From contig JAYWIR010000019.1 in assembly GCA_036172245.1 (NCBI GenBank), positions 1,860,001-1,924,000 of the forward strand: 64,000 nt of DNA, written 5' to 3'. Under the pieces are notes generated by a model. It had not been told where the DNA came from, ran no database searches, and was given only the letters and a program-made list of their open reading frames with translations. A program made the translations under genes and the position numbers. Source of the stretch: Raillietiella orientalis (Eukaryota). Shown piece after piece: positions 36,550 to 49,000 of the stretch; position 1 is the first letter of the stretch; every line of letters starts with the position of its first letter.

Positions 36550-37900
36550 GAAACTTCTAGGAAGATTCCCCGATTCCGGATGTGACATCTTCCATCTACA
36601 CTATGGAGGCGTCGGTATGTGATGCACCGAGCAAAACTTTAGACTGCGCGCCACTGTTCGCAGAGTTCTTCCGGGTTCGTCGTCAGGAACGAAAAATCAT
36701 CCCGGAGCTCCCAGAAGTACAGAAAGGACCATCATTACCTCTGACGACCTGCATGATATATAGTGGTGCACTGAAACGGTTGAAGCTATCAATTCCCGAG
36801 ATGAAAACGTTGATTCAAAACAAACGCGGCTCCGGAGTGGCAGTGAACGGAAGGAAGGATAAAGCGAGCTGGCAGGTCTGCAGTGATGCTGGTCCAGAAT
36901 GAACATTCATGAAAACGTTTTTGCATTTCCTCCGTTTCTGCAGAGCAAGCTGCTACTCCATCACTCCGGACAGCTTCCAAATATTTGAAAGGGCTAAATG
37001 TGCTAAAGTGTGATTCATGAGAAAGCAGTCGTAAATGCTAACACGCTTTCGATATTTTACATAAGGATTCGAGCCGAGTGGGCGCAAATGATTTCCCGAA
37101 GAAGGGGAGAAAGGCCATTGCGCTCGGTGTAATGATGAACAGCAGCAGCAGCAAAAAAAAAAGAAAAAAGTCGTCAGCCAGCCGGACTCATTATACATTG
37201 GTGGTAGCAGCAGCTAATGGGATGCGATGAATTCTCACTTTTAATCTCCGAGATTCGCGTCTCCCCCGGAAAAATCATAATCACATCGCTCCGTGCGTTC
37301 CATGAGGAGAGATCCGTGACAAGCTCTTCAGCCCAAGCTTCAACCTGTTCAAAAGAAAGATTTCCCAGCGGAAGTGAATCCTCATTTTTATACCAATTGC
37401 TTCTCGAGTTGTTCCTTAAGAGCGCGAAAGTATACTTCCGGAGACACAGAGCCAGCGTGTTGCGTGCAGTCCCAATAAATATCGGAAGAGCATGTCAGAT
37501 CTCATCATCCAGCAAGTTGGTGTCGAACTATATTTTTCGGAACGTTGTAATGCCTTATCACTGCATCATCTGAGGACCTACTCCGAAGCATCCATTCTGA
37601 CTCAGTGGATTTCTTCCCATTCCGCTCGCGAGGAGATCGAAGTCCGCAGTCAGCATTCCCCATTGATAATCGAATATCCGAAACTGGGATACTGGAAACT
37701 CAGCAACACCTTACCCCAGCCAGGGCGTAGGCAGTGTGACTCCTTGCGGGCACGCTGGAACTTCGCACTTGGGGAAAGCTTGGGGTCATCACTTTCGGCT
37801 GTGCTTCGAGAGGCGCAGCAGTGCTTTGGTGTCGTCGACTCTGCTGGTGCGACACCAAACGCTCAACACGAAAACACCACTTTAGGCATCCGACACTTTG
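36550..37900 (-). mobile_element. Possible highly decayed piggyBac-like transposase remnant
   Basis: Ordered, frameshifted minus-strand fragments resembling piggyBac motifs: PGWGK, FGYSII, IFIGTARN, WNARSDVIMI, YHQCIMS, LAHLALSNIWKL. Judged by eye; no terminal repeats found. Confidence 0.3.
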
Positions 37901-39428
37901 GAAAAGTCGCTAACGCGCTGGCATGGGATAGATAAGCATTTTTTGGCTTTGTTGCTGCCAGTTGCGTGGGCTATCATGTGCTGCTTATCTAAGTGGCTGC
38001 ATGTCTAATTAAATTTTTTTTCTTTTTTCTTCTTCAAATGTAGGGAGTTTATCATCTTCTGACATGACCCCCCCCCCCCCCCCCCCAAAAAAAAAAAAAA
38101 GAGGAGGAGGACTTTAGCGGCTGCTTTAATAAAAGCTCAGAAAGAATGAAAATCACGTGGTAGGAATGTAACAGTAAGGGCCCGTTGGAGGGTGATGCGA
38201 ATGCCTAACATAGAAAATGAGGTGGGCAAAAATTTGCTCGAGAAACCCTGAATTAAGCCCGTGGGTAGATTCTTCTCGATGAAGAGTAAACAGCTGCTGT
38301 ATTTTGACCGTGAAGCCGTACACCATCCGACAAGTTGGATTTCTTTCTTTCCAATTCCTTGTCAGTCACTTGTATGCATATGTATATATAAAAGGATTTG
38401 CCGTCTTCCTTACAATCGCAGTTGTTCTTCGTTTCGTTTACTGCTGTTTCAGCACTGGGGTTTTCCTGCCATTTTCTGAAAGCGAGCAGCTTTCGCCTTG
38501 ACTTGCAAGATCAACTTGAAAAACTCATCTTGGCGACGAGAAAGAAAGCACAGGCTGTTCCGCGACTGATTTCATTCTGTGTGTCACTTGTCAAGGAAAA
38601 GGAGTTTACAAATTCGTCTTTCATTCCATTCACTGGCACCTGAAGGGGGCAAAACAGTAGCAGCCTGTCTGATAGTCATGGACTTGCGAGAATTAGTCGG
38701 GCAAAAAAGGAGGGGGAGGGGTAAAGGGGGGGGGGGGAATTGGATCGTGTCGAGGTTTTCTGGAAGTCCAAAGAAAACACGCTAACACGTCCAAGAAAAG
38801 TGTTGTGCTCAATCATGCATCACATGCAAAAGCATGCGGGTTCTCAGGAAGCATCCAGGATCCAAGGAATGAATCCAGATCTCACAGAACGACGGAATCC
38901 TTCCTTTCTTCTTCTTTTTCTTCTTCCTCTTTTTTTTGTTTTTTTTTTATAATAACAGGACTGGTTGTTTCGGTGTGGGGCACTTTACGAACATTCTTTT
39001 TCCTCCTCCTCTTTTTTTTTTTTTCTCTTTTGTGCTTTCAGCTAATTGTGCATACAGGTATTTAACACGAACCGTGCTGGGTGGCAATCCGTATGAGGAG
39101 CTCAGGGTTCCACCACGACGTCCTGAAAGATCTCTGTAAATTCGTGCCGTTTTTTTCTTTTCCCTTTTTTGGTTTTGTGTGTGTGTGTGTTTGTGTGTTT
39201 TCTCGCGTGCCGATGTCCGTCCGGCGGTTCGGCACGCTTCGTGCGACCTCGGACCCATCATTTTTCACGTTTTGCAGGGGTGGGATGACACAGATTTTTG
39301 TTGTTGCCGAGAGCTCACAGCCCCAACACAAAAAATACAGAGTCGTCCTTCCGCTGTACGTTTCTAAAACGCACTGCCATATCATTAGTACTGTTAGAAA
39401 AAGGTGGAAGCTGGAATTATGAACAAAC

Positions 39429-39719
39429 ATGCCCTACAGCAAACTCTCGTCGCGCGTATTTATTTTAGTAATTGAAGTTATTACTGCTTGTGTTGGTGAT
39501 AAGTTACTGCAGTTGGCTCTTCAAGCAGATTTAGCATGGACTGCGATATTGGTGGATGAAGCAACACATGCAGCTATTGGCAGTTTATGCTGGCTATATA
39601 TTACTTTAAATAAATCACAGCATACTTTTCAAAGAATAGATGAAACTGTGTTTGCCGGATTTCTAGCTTCAGTAATAGATGTTGACCACATCATTGCAGC
39701 AAGATCACTGAACATAAAA
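39429..39719 (+). CDS. TMEM267: Transmembrane protein 267, exon 1
   Basis: Motifs DEATHAAIG and AGFLASVIDVDH match recalled TMEM267; donor GTAATG at 39720. Confidence 0.88.
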
Positions 39720-39798
39720 GTAATGTATTGATTTTATATTGTTACACAGGGGAGTGTACTAGTTACTTGGTTATTCATATACATCTGTCCATTTGTAG

Positions 39799-40116
39799 TA
39801 TGTGGTTTTACTGAATCAACGCCCACCGTTCCACAACTTAACATTGCTGCTCCTCATCTATGCTGCCCTTCATTTAGTTGCTTTAGGAATGAAAATACCT
39901 TGGCTGCACACATTTTCTTGGATGCTTCTAGTATCCTGGAGCTCTCACCTTATAAGGGATGGTCACCGAAGAGGCATATGCTTTTGGCTATTTGAAAGTA
40001 CACCCCAACTTCCACAATTTTTGTATTTATCTTTATTAGTATTGCTACCAATAATTTGTCAGTATTTAATATCTCTTAATTCTGTAAATAGTATACTGAG
40101 TGTTCAAAAAGTGTAA
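39799..40116 (+). CDS. TMEM267: Transmembrane protein 267, exon 2
   Basis: TTTGTAG acceptor after a 79-nt intron; RPPFHN, WMLLVSWSSHLIRDG and LPQFLY motifs; TAA at 40114; AATAAA at ~40152. Confidence 0.88.
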   Translation, partial: YVVLLNQRPPFHNLTLLLLIYAALHLVALGMKIPWLHTFSWMLLVSWSSHLIRDGHRRGICFWLFESTPQLPQFLYLSLLVLLPIICQYLISLNSVNSILSVQKV

Positions 40117-40269
40117 TTTAATGTATGTGTGGATCCTATATTTTTCTGTGAAATAAAAGAAAACTGCCATGTAAACTGGTTTGCCTATCAATGCACCTTT
40201 AAGAATACTGCAAGTTAGCAGATGTGCACAAACAATTATGTTTTAAATGATAGACAACAATTCAAATCA

Positions 40270-43200
40270 CAATGGCATCTAAAAACTTGACCAATTCATC
40301 TTTGCCAAATTAACAAGGGCAGTTTGTTTTAAATCAAAAGGAAGTAGAAATGCACTTCCTTGTAAACACAGATAGTTACTGAAAAAATAAAAACTCGACG
40401 TGATATGAAATCATTTAATTATGACTTTGAACACATAATCTATCATTTCATTACAATATCGCAATAAACCTTTGGTTACCGGTCATTAGAATTGAACCTT
40501 GAATAGGACCTTGAATGTATTCTGAAGTTGAACCACATTGCCAAAAAGTTTCTAAACACTTGTTAAAACAGACAATGTGAAGCAACCTTTTGAACATGAT
40601 TAAAGAGCTGCAGGTTAACCTATTCAATATTTAGCAGCTATTCCAAAGTAGACTTACATACTGTTCAAATCTGAATCTTTGCTTCTTAATGATGATTTTA
40701 TTGACTATTATATGCAATGGTGAACATGAGGGCCCAAAATGATTTTTTTTATTTTTGTAAAAAATCAGCATTTCCCATCTCTTAACCCTTCTCCAGCATA
40801 TGGCACTGAAGCACTTTTTAAAATCAGGATCAAAAATCAGTACAGCAGCATGGAACTGCATTAAATTAATGGACACGTCACTCTGATTCCTGAGTTCCAA
40901 CTGCAGCACGCAGTTTGGACTTTGTGTATTTCCAGTTGTCTCAACATTTGTTTGCAAATTAGGCCAAGTGAGCACACATTTACCTATTGCAGTGTCTCAG
41001 TTGGATGACTTCATTTTCCGTGTTCCCTCAAGTGTTAGTCAAACCATCGAGGTCAAACGTAAGGAATGGAACCGTCAAAAGATTTGATATCTGAGCACAT
41101 CCCATGATCGTTCCTACGTTTGTGCATGTAGTTTGTATTCGACAAAATTGAAATTGGGAGGGGATTATCTTGAGACATGAGAAAAGTTTCTAATGTTGTT
41201 TTTTTCTTTTTTCTTTCTTTGGAGCCATGAAATGTTAGGTGCACCGAACACTCAGCTGTTCATTAACCCTCTATGGTCCGAATTTTTCTTTACGGCTATG
41301 AAAAAAACCCGAAATTAAAACACATCAATCTCTAATTGCAAGTTAATAATGAATTCAGCAGGTGAGACGATTTTGTTATGAGGAATGTGCTTTGTAACTT
41401 TGGGGTTACAGCGGCGTACAACGTTTGCACTTGTGCGTACATAACAGCCCAAGTATGGAATTCCATAGAACCGTTTGTACTCGGCGTCAAACGTAGATGT
41501 GCGTTGCATTTCGAACACCTTACTTCGGGGACTCCTTTGCTTATCCCGGCTTTTCGCAGCGTCCCCTCTTATCCGAAAAGATTGGCCGACGTGCACTTTC
41601 GTCTTTTCGCTCGGTGTTGAGTGTTGTGAGTGTTGCACTCGCTCCCCTTTTCCTCTCCTCTTCGAACCGTTCATCCACGGTGGTTCCCCATTTCCTACAT
41701 ATATCGCGGCTCACTGTGGCTTGGAAAGGATAGCAAAATGATTGTCTCGATGCAAACACATGAGAGATCACCGACGTACAAACGAAGAGTCGTTACGTAG
41801 GCTTTTTCTTGTTTGCCAAAACACCGATAGAACAAAAAACAGCAACAACCGCAGAGGACGGTTCGTACAACTTTTCTCCGTACTTGACCACTTGCAAAAG
41901 CATTCGCCTCGAGATATCGGGTTCGAGTTGATGACATCCGTCTCCAGGACCCTTGCTGGTTGCCGAGGAGACGTCATGCGACGAGATGCATATGTAAGAA
42001 ATTAAATACATCAATAAGGTGTCGATATATTCGTATGTGACCTCAAAGTCACACCGGGCTATAGAGGGTTAACTATTGCTATTTCACAGCTCAGAGTTTC
42101 AGATACTGCGTATTTCAAGTCGCGTTTCTTGAACTAAACGAGAAATTATTTTGAGGTTACATCAAAGTGAATGCTTATATGAGATTTCAATTTTTCTTAT
42201 CCGCTCCCGTAGATAATCTAACGCTCTATTTTGGTATTCCCTTTGATGTCAAAAGTGTACAGCCATTCCTTGCTTTCACATGCACTTGTTCAAAATAAAG
42301 TTCCGCTAAAGATTCCCAAAATTGTTTCGTCCATCCGTTTGGAAATAAAATCCATTTCTCCTGAGTTTTAAATTGATTCACATACTATGCTAAGCAAGAA
42401 CTGACGTACTCGACTTATCATAAAATGAGAGCATAAATTACGATGTGCAGTTATAATCGTACAGCATCATTTTTCAAGGAATTCAAACATAAAGAAACTT
42501 ATCGAAAAATCAGTATACTCATATATAATTTATATTTTCTAGATTTTTATTTTACATGACAAGTCACAATAAGACTAATGGCAGAGTATTTAAAATTTAC
42601 AGCATGTGCTTATGCCGTGCATGCCATGTATTCAATCCTATGTACACGTATGTGAAAACGCATGTATTTACAAATATCTGGTCAATCATGCTTATGCTTG
42701 TGAGATTTTAATGCATGTTTGGCTTATGATACGGTTGTTAACCACCTGCAAATCATAGTTACTATTCACTTCAGAAGTGCCTTTCTGGAACTGCTTCTTC
42801 ATAGTACACCAAGTAGAAACCTTGGAGATTCTTAAGATACACACTGAATGTTTGTGTGCTTCCCGATATCAAGTACGTGCTCTACATCTTGCACTGCACA
42901 AGGAAAAGTGGAAAAAGTCCTTGACTCTTTCCCACTCAGAAAATAAGAGCAGATGAAAATTGTGACCATATTATAAGCAGCAGTTCTCTGTAAATAGGAA
43001 AAGCATTATCAGATTCAGGGCATGAATTCAGAGGTATAGAGTAAAGTTAAAAGTAGAAATGCATTTTTTTTTTTTTTTTTTTACAAACCATATTCATTGA
43101 AATTAAACCATAGTCATTGTCTTCAAAAAGAATGAACTGTATTATTTCCAGCGTGTATGATTTAATGTAGAGTCTTCACTGCTCCAATTTCAGCTCTTGC

Positions 43201-44083
43201 GAACAGTGCTACGGGAAAACAGTGCTTTTAAATTGAAATTTCCTTTTAAGAAAATTATGTTTCATAATGTCATAATGAGCAACAACGAAGTTCTTTTAGT
43301 TTCTTATTAAATACTTGTGAAAACCTATTTACAAATCAACAAAATGCGAAAATCAAAATATCTATTTAGGGGAACAGATGATCCAATGAATTGATCAATG
43401 AACATGCACATAGGCAAATAAAGCAGGAAATCAGAGAAATTTCCATTTTACACGCTCATACTTTCGTCACTCCTTTGGAGACTTGACGAGAGTCTAAGGA
43501 AGTTTCGTGTTTACAGGAAGGAAGCTCAGGTTGCTGAATTCCGACTACGGGGGTGGAGAGGATATGCACTTTTTAACCTCAAGCAGTTCGTTTATCAAAA
43601 AGCCACCAAGGATACCGATTGAATTCACAGTTTGTATTCACTATGTTGTTCATCTTCAATGATGCACCATCCCATCAACAGCATCGTTTTCTCATCTGTG
43701 ACAGATTCACACGCTGCTGATGTGTCTTTTGCCCCAACAGATCCCAGAAAAGTACCAAAGTGAATTTGTAGGTCCCCGCACACAATAGGAGCGTTTACAC
43801 ACAATAAGTAGGTCACACGAATGATGATCTCAGATGATTTAATCCACCTTTAAGGGTAAAGGAAGTCAGCACTAAAACACACTGTTTAGGAGAGGCTAAT
43901 TTTGGGAATAATTTATCTGGTGAACGATCAGCAAAGGTGAAACCAAAGGAAATAAGGATTCGTACTTTTAGCCTTCTCTTTCGTTTTCGTTCACGAATTT
44001 GCTCAAAACTCCTCGGATTTTCAATATCTGGCTGATTAACAAGCTTTATGATGAAGTATTTTGATCTGGGTCGGGACGGTCAT
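40270..44083 (-). pseudogene. Decayed COMM-domain gene, COMMD10-like
   Basis: Colinear minus-strand fragments: KLEQ*...TLEIIQFILFE (43208-43110), AVK*Q*LMN across the MITE site, LTNT*GNTENEVIQLR (~41040-40995), NLQ...QSPNCVLQLEL (~40960-40890), ALV/FGKDELVKFLDAI (~40325-40272). These resemble recalled COMMD10 segments (VLETISFILEQ, AALQQQLEN, FVNTW, KSPQAVLQLGV, VLVEFSHKELFDF). Several stops and frameshifts are present. Confidence 0.55.
41267..42068. mobile_element. Non-autonomous piggyBac-type element (MITE), 802 bp
   Basis: TTAA target duplication (41263-41266, 42069-42072). TIRs CCCTCTATGGTCCG / CGGGCTATAGAGGG match at 12/14. Subterminal palindrome TGTGACCTCAAAGTCACA. CpG-rich relative to its flanks. 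Confidence 0.85.
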
Positions 44084-44445
44084 GGCAAATGCCGATTCCA
44101 AACAGCGTCGTTGAGACCGCAAGATAAGTTTTTGCTTCGTCGTGTTGTGTATTTTTCAAGTAATTTGCTTTGCTTCGAAATATAAAAAAAAAATGTATAA
44201 ACTACCAATGAAAGCGGTAGGGTAAGTATGTTTATCATTGCTGTTGCTATTGCACGACAGAAATGGCTGTTGCGAGCACGTAAACACGTAAAAATGTGTT
44301 GCATTTTTGTGCCAGAAATCCAGAGAATTGGTTTGGACTAACTAGCAGGCAGTGGTGCTCGCCCCAGCCAAGGAAACAAATGTTTCCCCCGTTTTGTTTT
44401 TTTTCTTGCTTACGTTCTGAGCAATTATTTTCTAGCCGTCCATTA
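44084..44445. promoter_or_regulatory. Probable bidirectional promoter between the COMMD10-like pseudogene (-) and SOD2 (+)
   Basis: Short CpG-retaining interval between divergent ATGs (44083 on -, 44446 on +) inside a CpG-poor domain. Confidence 0.45.
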
Positions 44446-44474
44446 ATGACGTCGTTTTTCAATCATTGTAGAAC
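44446..44474 (+). CDS. SOD2: Mitochondrial Mn superoxide dismutase, exon 1 (transit peptide MTSFFNHCR-T)
   Basis: ATG at 44446, donor GTAAGA at 44475; phase 2 matches the exon 2 acceptor. Confidence 0.7.
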
Positions 44475-44622
44475 GTAAGAACTAGCCAATTTCTCCCTTT
44501 ACATTTACAAATAAAAAATTGCGTTGTCGGAGGGTACTGTTATATATTAGATCATGTATAAGACGTATTCTGAAATGTTTTTTGTGCCCTTTCCTGGTAT
44601 TTTTGATTTTTCAAATTTACAG

Positions 44623-44816
44623 TTTGGCTGCTCAGAATGCGAAAAATCTGAGAATTCATTTCAAGTGTACCTTGCCAGATCTTCCATACGATTACAATGC
44701 CCTGGAACCATACATCTCAGCAGAAATTATGCAGTTGCATCATTTAAAACATCATGCAACTTATGTTAATAATTTCAATATTGCAGAAGAAAAAATTTCC
44801 GAGGCAATTGCAAGGC
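44623..44816 (+). CDS. SOD2: SOD2 exon 2
   Basis: [42 protein letters not shown] acceptor, GTTAGT donor. Confidence 0.95.
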
Positions 44817-44862
44817 GTTAGTATTAGATGTCTCATATACATGTGAACTCTTTGCTGTATAG

Positions 44863-45159
44863 AAGATGTGAAATCTCTAATCGCCCTTGGCCCCGCGCTA
44901 AAATTTAATGGAGGTGGACACCTAAACCATAGTATCTTTTGGCATAATCTCTCACCTAATGGAGGAGGAGAACCCACAGGAAATTTATTAAAACAGATTC
45001 AGACAGATTTTGGGAGTTTTAATGCATTGAAAGAAAGGTTGTCTGCTATTTCAAGTGGTGTGCAAGGATCAGGATGGGGATGGCTAGGCTGGAATAAAAC
45101 ACTGAAAAAGCTTGAAATCACATCACTACCAAATCAAGATCCTTTGGAACCAAGCACGG
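44863..45159 (+). CDS. SOD2: SOD2 exon 3
   Basis: [28 protein letters not shown] (Mn-type). Follows a 46-nt intron. Confidence 0.96.
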
Positions 45160-45214
45160 GTATAGGATCCATTGTTTCTATTGTATATCATCCTATTTAT
45201 TATATCTGATTCAG

Positions 45215-45363
45215 GTTTAGTGCCTTTGTTTGGCATTGATGTTTGGGAGCATGCTTATTATCTCCAGTACAAGAATGTGAGAGCTGATTATGTTAAGCAG
45301 ATTTTCAACGTAGCAAACTGGAGTGATGTTAGTAGGAGATTTGAAGAAGCTCAAAAAGTGTAG
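45215..45363 (+). CDS. SOD2: SOD2 exon 4
   Basis: [27 protein letters not shown] (Fe/Mn SOD signature); TAG at 45361. Follows a 55-nt intron. Confidence 0.96.
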
Positions 45364-48300
45364 ATGTGTTTACTGGATTAACCATTGATAATTGAGGCTG
45401 TCACCAAGCTAGCAAGCATATGGTGCTTGCAGATGTAAATAATTAACATTTTTCAAATCCGTCATCAGTTACTGTGCTCAAGTGTTTGAAGTGATACAAC
45501 ATCTGTAGACTACCTGTACAACATCCAGCAGTACAAATATTCCTTATTTGTGTTTAGATAGAGATTAGATTCTTCATATTGTTGATTTAGTTATAGGTTA
45601 TGTTTGTGTGTAATTTCAATATTGAATACAGAGATGTTGGAATCATGTATTTTATTTTGCATGTAGCAGTGTAATAAGTACACTGTCAGCTGCTTGAGAC
45701 TTGGCAGGCAGAATTTGCAAGTTTCACTGTTGAACTGGTTTCAACCACACATAAATTACCTGCAATAGGTACATAAACTACCTGTGGTGGTTTACTATTT
45801 TCTGAAACCATCTCAAGGATTTACACCAGGGTCAATCTGTATTTTTAGATAATCCTCAGATGTTCCCACATGTTTCAAACAATTGATCATCGGAAATTAA
45901 AATCATCAGCTAACAAATTATTTAAACGAGTCAATGTTATGGAAAATATCTTTGAAAATTCATTTTCTTCCTGAACCCATAACCTATTTATTAATTTCTA
46001 ATGACTTTCTTTATAAGTTTCAGTTTTTTACCATTCTGAAGTTAATGCCACATTATTAGTGAAGATGAGAAACTGCAACTCACAATTCGCAGTTTCTTTG
46101 AGTGTGGTAGCTGGCCCTGCAAGTCACATTTTCTTTTGTGTAATTTAATAAGCCTTTTAACCTTTTTTCCCCATGATTCCAAATGTTTCCCATGATTTCA
46201 AAAATTCCGAAGTGGCATCAAAGTTTGTTTGTGCATGTAGTTTCTGAAATTGGATTTGATGTTAAATGTTCAGCAGTTTTCAAAAATCGTCCTCAGACTC
46301 AAAATAAGGAACTAAAGGTAATTTCTCAGGTACAAAAATGGAAGGTGATTTTGGCACTGTCAGTGATGAAGCAAGTTTAAGGGTATAAGTGCGAAGCACA
46401 TTGAGATTAAGACTGGGAGTTTCTTGGGCTGAGATTTCAAATTCCCTGTTGTTATGCTCTGTATTTACCATTATTATATTGAAGAGGGAGTTCAAATGAG
46501 CTTTACTGTTTGTTTACTGACTGAGGGTATTTTGAATAACATCCAGAGTTTATCTTCTACAGTGCTTTATTTTTGTGATTTCTTTATGTACTATGATTTA
46601 ATCTAATGCAATTTGAGATTTTGGTAAGTTAAATTGAAATTGCAAATTAATGAGAGGAATTGTTAATTTATTTTATGTTTATTTTGTATATATAAGTGTG
46701 AATATGTCATTTGATTTAATCAAAGCAGTTTTCCTTATATATTATGTAACAAACGTTAAATTGATTGTTATTTTGTTAAACGTGTTCATATGACACCTGG
46801 TGTCTTAGAGAATATTTGTCGTCATGTCTTTGAGAGAAAAATTCTACTTAATGTGTAAAATTTGACCATATAGTAACGATCAGTAGCAGGTGCAATAAGA
46901 AGGCAATTATAAAATTACTTTCACAACTTGATGGCAGTAGCATGATTTGTATTCTTAAAAGTTATGTGCATATGCTGCGTAATGCACGACTAAGGATTGT
47001 TTTTCTTTCCGAATGGACATGGATCGCAATAACAACAGAAGGTACTTATGGATGTCTCAATCACAGTTGAGAATAATGTGCAATCAGTTCACACATGGGT
47101 TATTAAAATTGAGTTTATAAGGGTATATATTCAGTATATGAAAATGTGAGCAGGTAGCAATAGCCACTCTTTTCCAGAGGAAAAAACGAATTTTCCAGAG
47201 TGTAAGCCAAAAAAAAGAAGAGGAAGTCCGTTTCACCACTTTCTTTCGATCCAGTGTTGCTGTTTTAGCCATGTGTACTTAGTAAGTAAGTGTGCTGAAC
47301 GGATGTTTTTCTTTTTTTTCCCTTCAAGCCGCCATGGTTTTCAAATGTGTGATTTCATATTCGAAGACATCTTTAACCTTCAAGGCAGTGATTTAAAAAA
47401 TGCTACAAATTTCACACTAGCCCGCTGTTGATCTTGATCGTAACGGAATACAAAGCAAAAGAGAGATACAGAGGACTCCCACGGCGTTCTTACTTTTCAA
47501 CACACTTTTTGTGTTAAAATTTGTACAGCACAACATTCATGCAGTCTGCTTCCATTGATTCGTGGGGCCGCGGCAACTTGAGTTGCGGAAGCGACGCTGT
47601 TAGCACGCGTATTGGTCCAGATTTGCCTTCCACCGTCATCTTTCGCCAGTGTACAGGAAGACTTTATCCCTTGCTTTTCACTGCAAGACCTCTCACCCTC
47701 CTGCGTGGCTTCCCATGTATGCGTCACCCCGCGAGGAAATGGTCCAGAGTGTTTACAAGAGCCGAAGACTTCAAGAGAGGTTCCTAAAAGTATCGTCAGA
47801 GGGGCAAACATCTTCTTGGAATCTTAATCTGGGTATTAAGGATGAGTTTTTGGACAATATTTGTCTCTTTTAGCATTCTGAAAACTTACAAGGTCTTTCC
47901 CTCATTGGTCACAGTTAAGAATGAGAACAAGGGACAGAGAGTATTCTTCTTTTGAGCATTTTACAATGCATTTTTTTTTTTTTTTTTTTACAAACGATCC
48001 CTTCTGGATAGCTAAGAAAGCGTGGGCAGTGCATCATGTATACTGTGGGGATCACAGTAAATGTGTTAGGCACTTGCAGTTTACAAAATTCGATGCCTAA
48101 TTAAGTTAGAGGTCATTACAGCATTGTGCTCTATTTCATGAAATCCAATTAGCTTCTGCATATTGTATTGAGCGTTATGCTTTCACAGATATTTTCGAAG
48201 GCCCAGCTGCTGTAACGTTCCGTGTGCAAAGACAGATTTTAGCACAGCAGGATCTGCCTGTTCAGTTTCAGAAAAATGAATGAAATCGGTTCTTATCGTC

Positions 48301-48499
48301 GGATCCATAAGAAATGATGGAAAGCAAGCATCTCTTGCACAATACTGATCGTGAGATCAGAAATGAGGTACCACCTGTGTTCAGTGTTCCTCCAGAAGCC
48401 GTCCGAGTGTTTTTCTATGGGTAACTTCTGATCCTACGGTGCTCAACGATCTCCCCAGGAACCTTCTTTTTTATAGTCGGAGGAACAACGTTCACCCCC

Positions 48500-49000
48500 T
48501 GAAAATGTAGGTGAAAAGCCCCAATGCTGATTGAATCGATGAGCTGATCCTACAGAAATCGTTGCTCTTGTTGATTGCCATGATGGCTGTAAATCGTAGA
48601 AAGTAAAGATGACGGTATGAACTGCTTTTTTTGCAAACTGCGTGTCTGCTGACTCCTTTGGCTTGCAATTTCTTGGCAAGAAAGTGCAAAATATGGAAAG
48701 CTTCGAATTGCCAGCGACGCCAAGGCAAACTCGTGTGGAAACGTGGGAAGAAGGCATCGGGGAGTGCGAGAGCAATGTACAAAGATGATGAAGATGTTGA
48801 TGTGAAGAGTGTGGATGGAGCGAGGAGGGCGCCCGTGACCTGTGCTCACCTGTTTCTTCATGACGGTTGCTGGATTCAGGAAAAGAGAGTGCATCTTTGT
48901 CCGAAAGAAAGACTTCGTTCCTACAACATTTGGGGAACAATTAAATCAAATGACCTTTGCTGTTGTAACTCCTAGAACTTCTGGGACTGTTCACCCTTGA
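48500..49000 (+). mobile_element. Decayed RTE-like non-LTR reverse transcriptase fragment
   Basis: Frameshifted fragments ESAKYGKLRIASD, GKLVWKR...ARAMYKD...VDG and CAHLFLHDG follow the order of RTE RT motifs (EK..EYGK.L.IAF.D; KVW..L...IRAMY; LSPLLF..MD). Confidence 0.45.

Noticed and set aside
41028..43178. In-frame TGAs in the COMMD10-like fragments as possible Sec/Trp recoding
   Set aside because: TAG stops, frameshifts and a MITE insertion are also present, and the POU gene uses TGA as a normal stop. Decay is the simpler explanation.
44519..44622. ORF-track N-terminal extension of SOD2 (MRCRRVLL...)
   Set aside because: Starts at TTG inside intron 1; the ATG exon at 44446-44474 with a phase-matched donor fits better.
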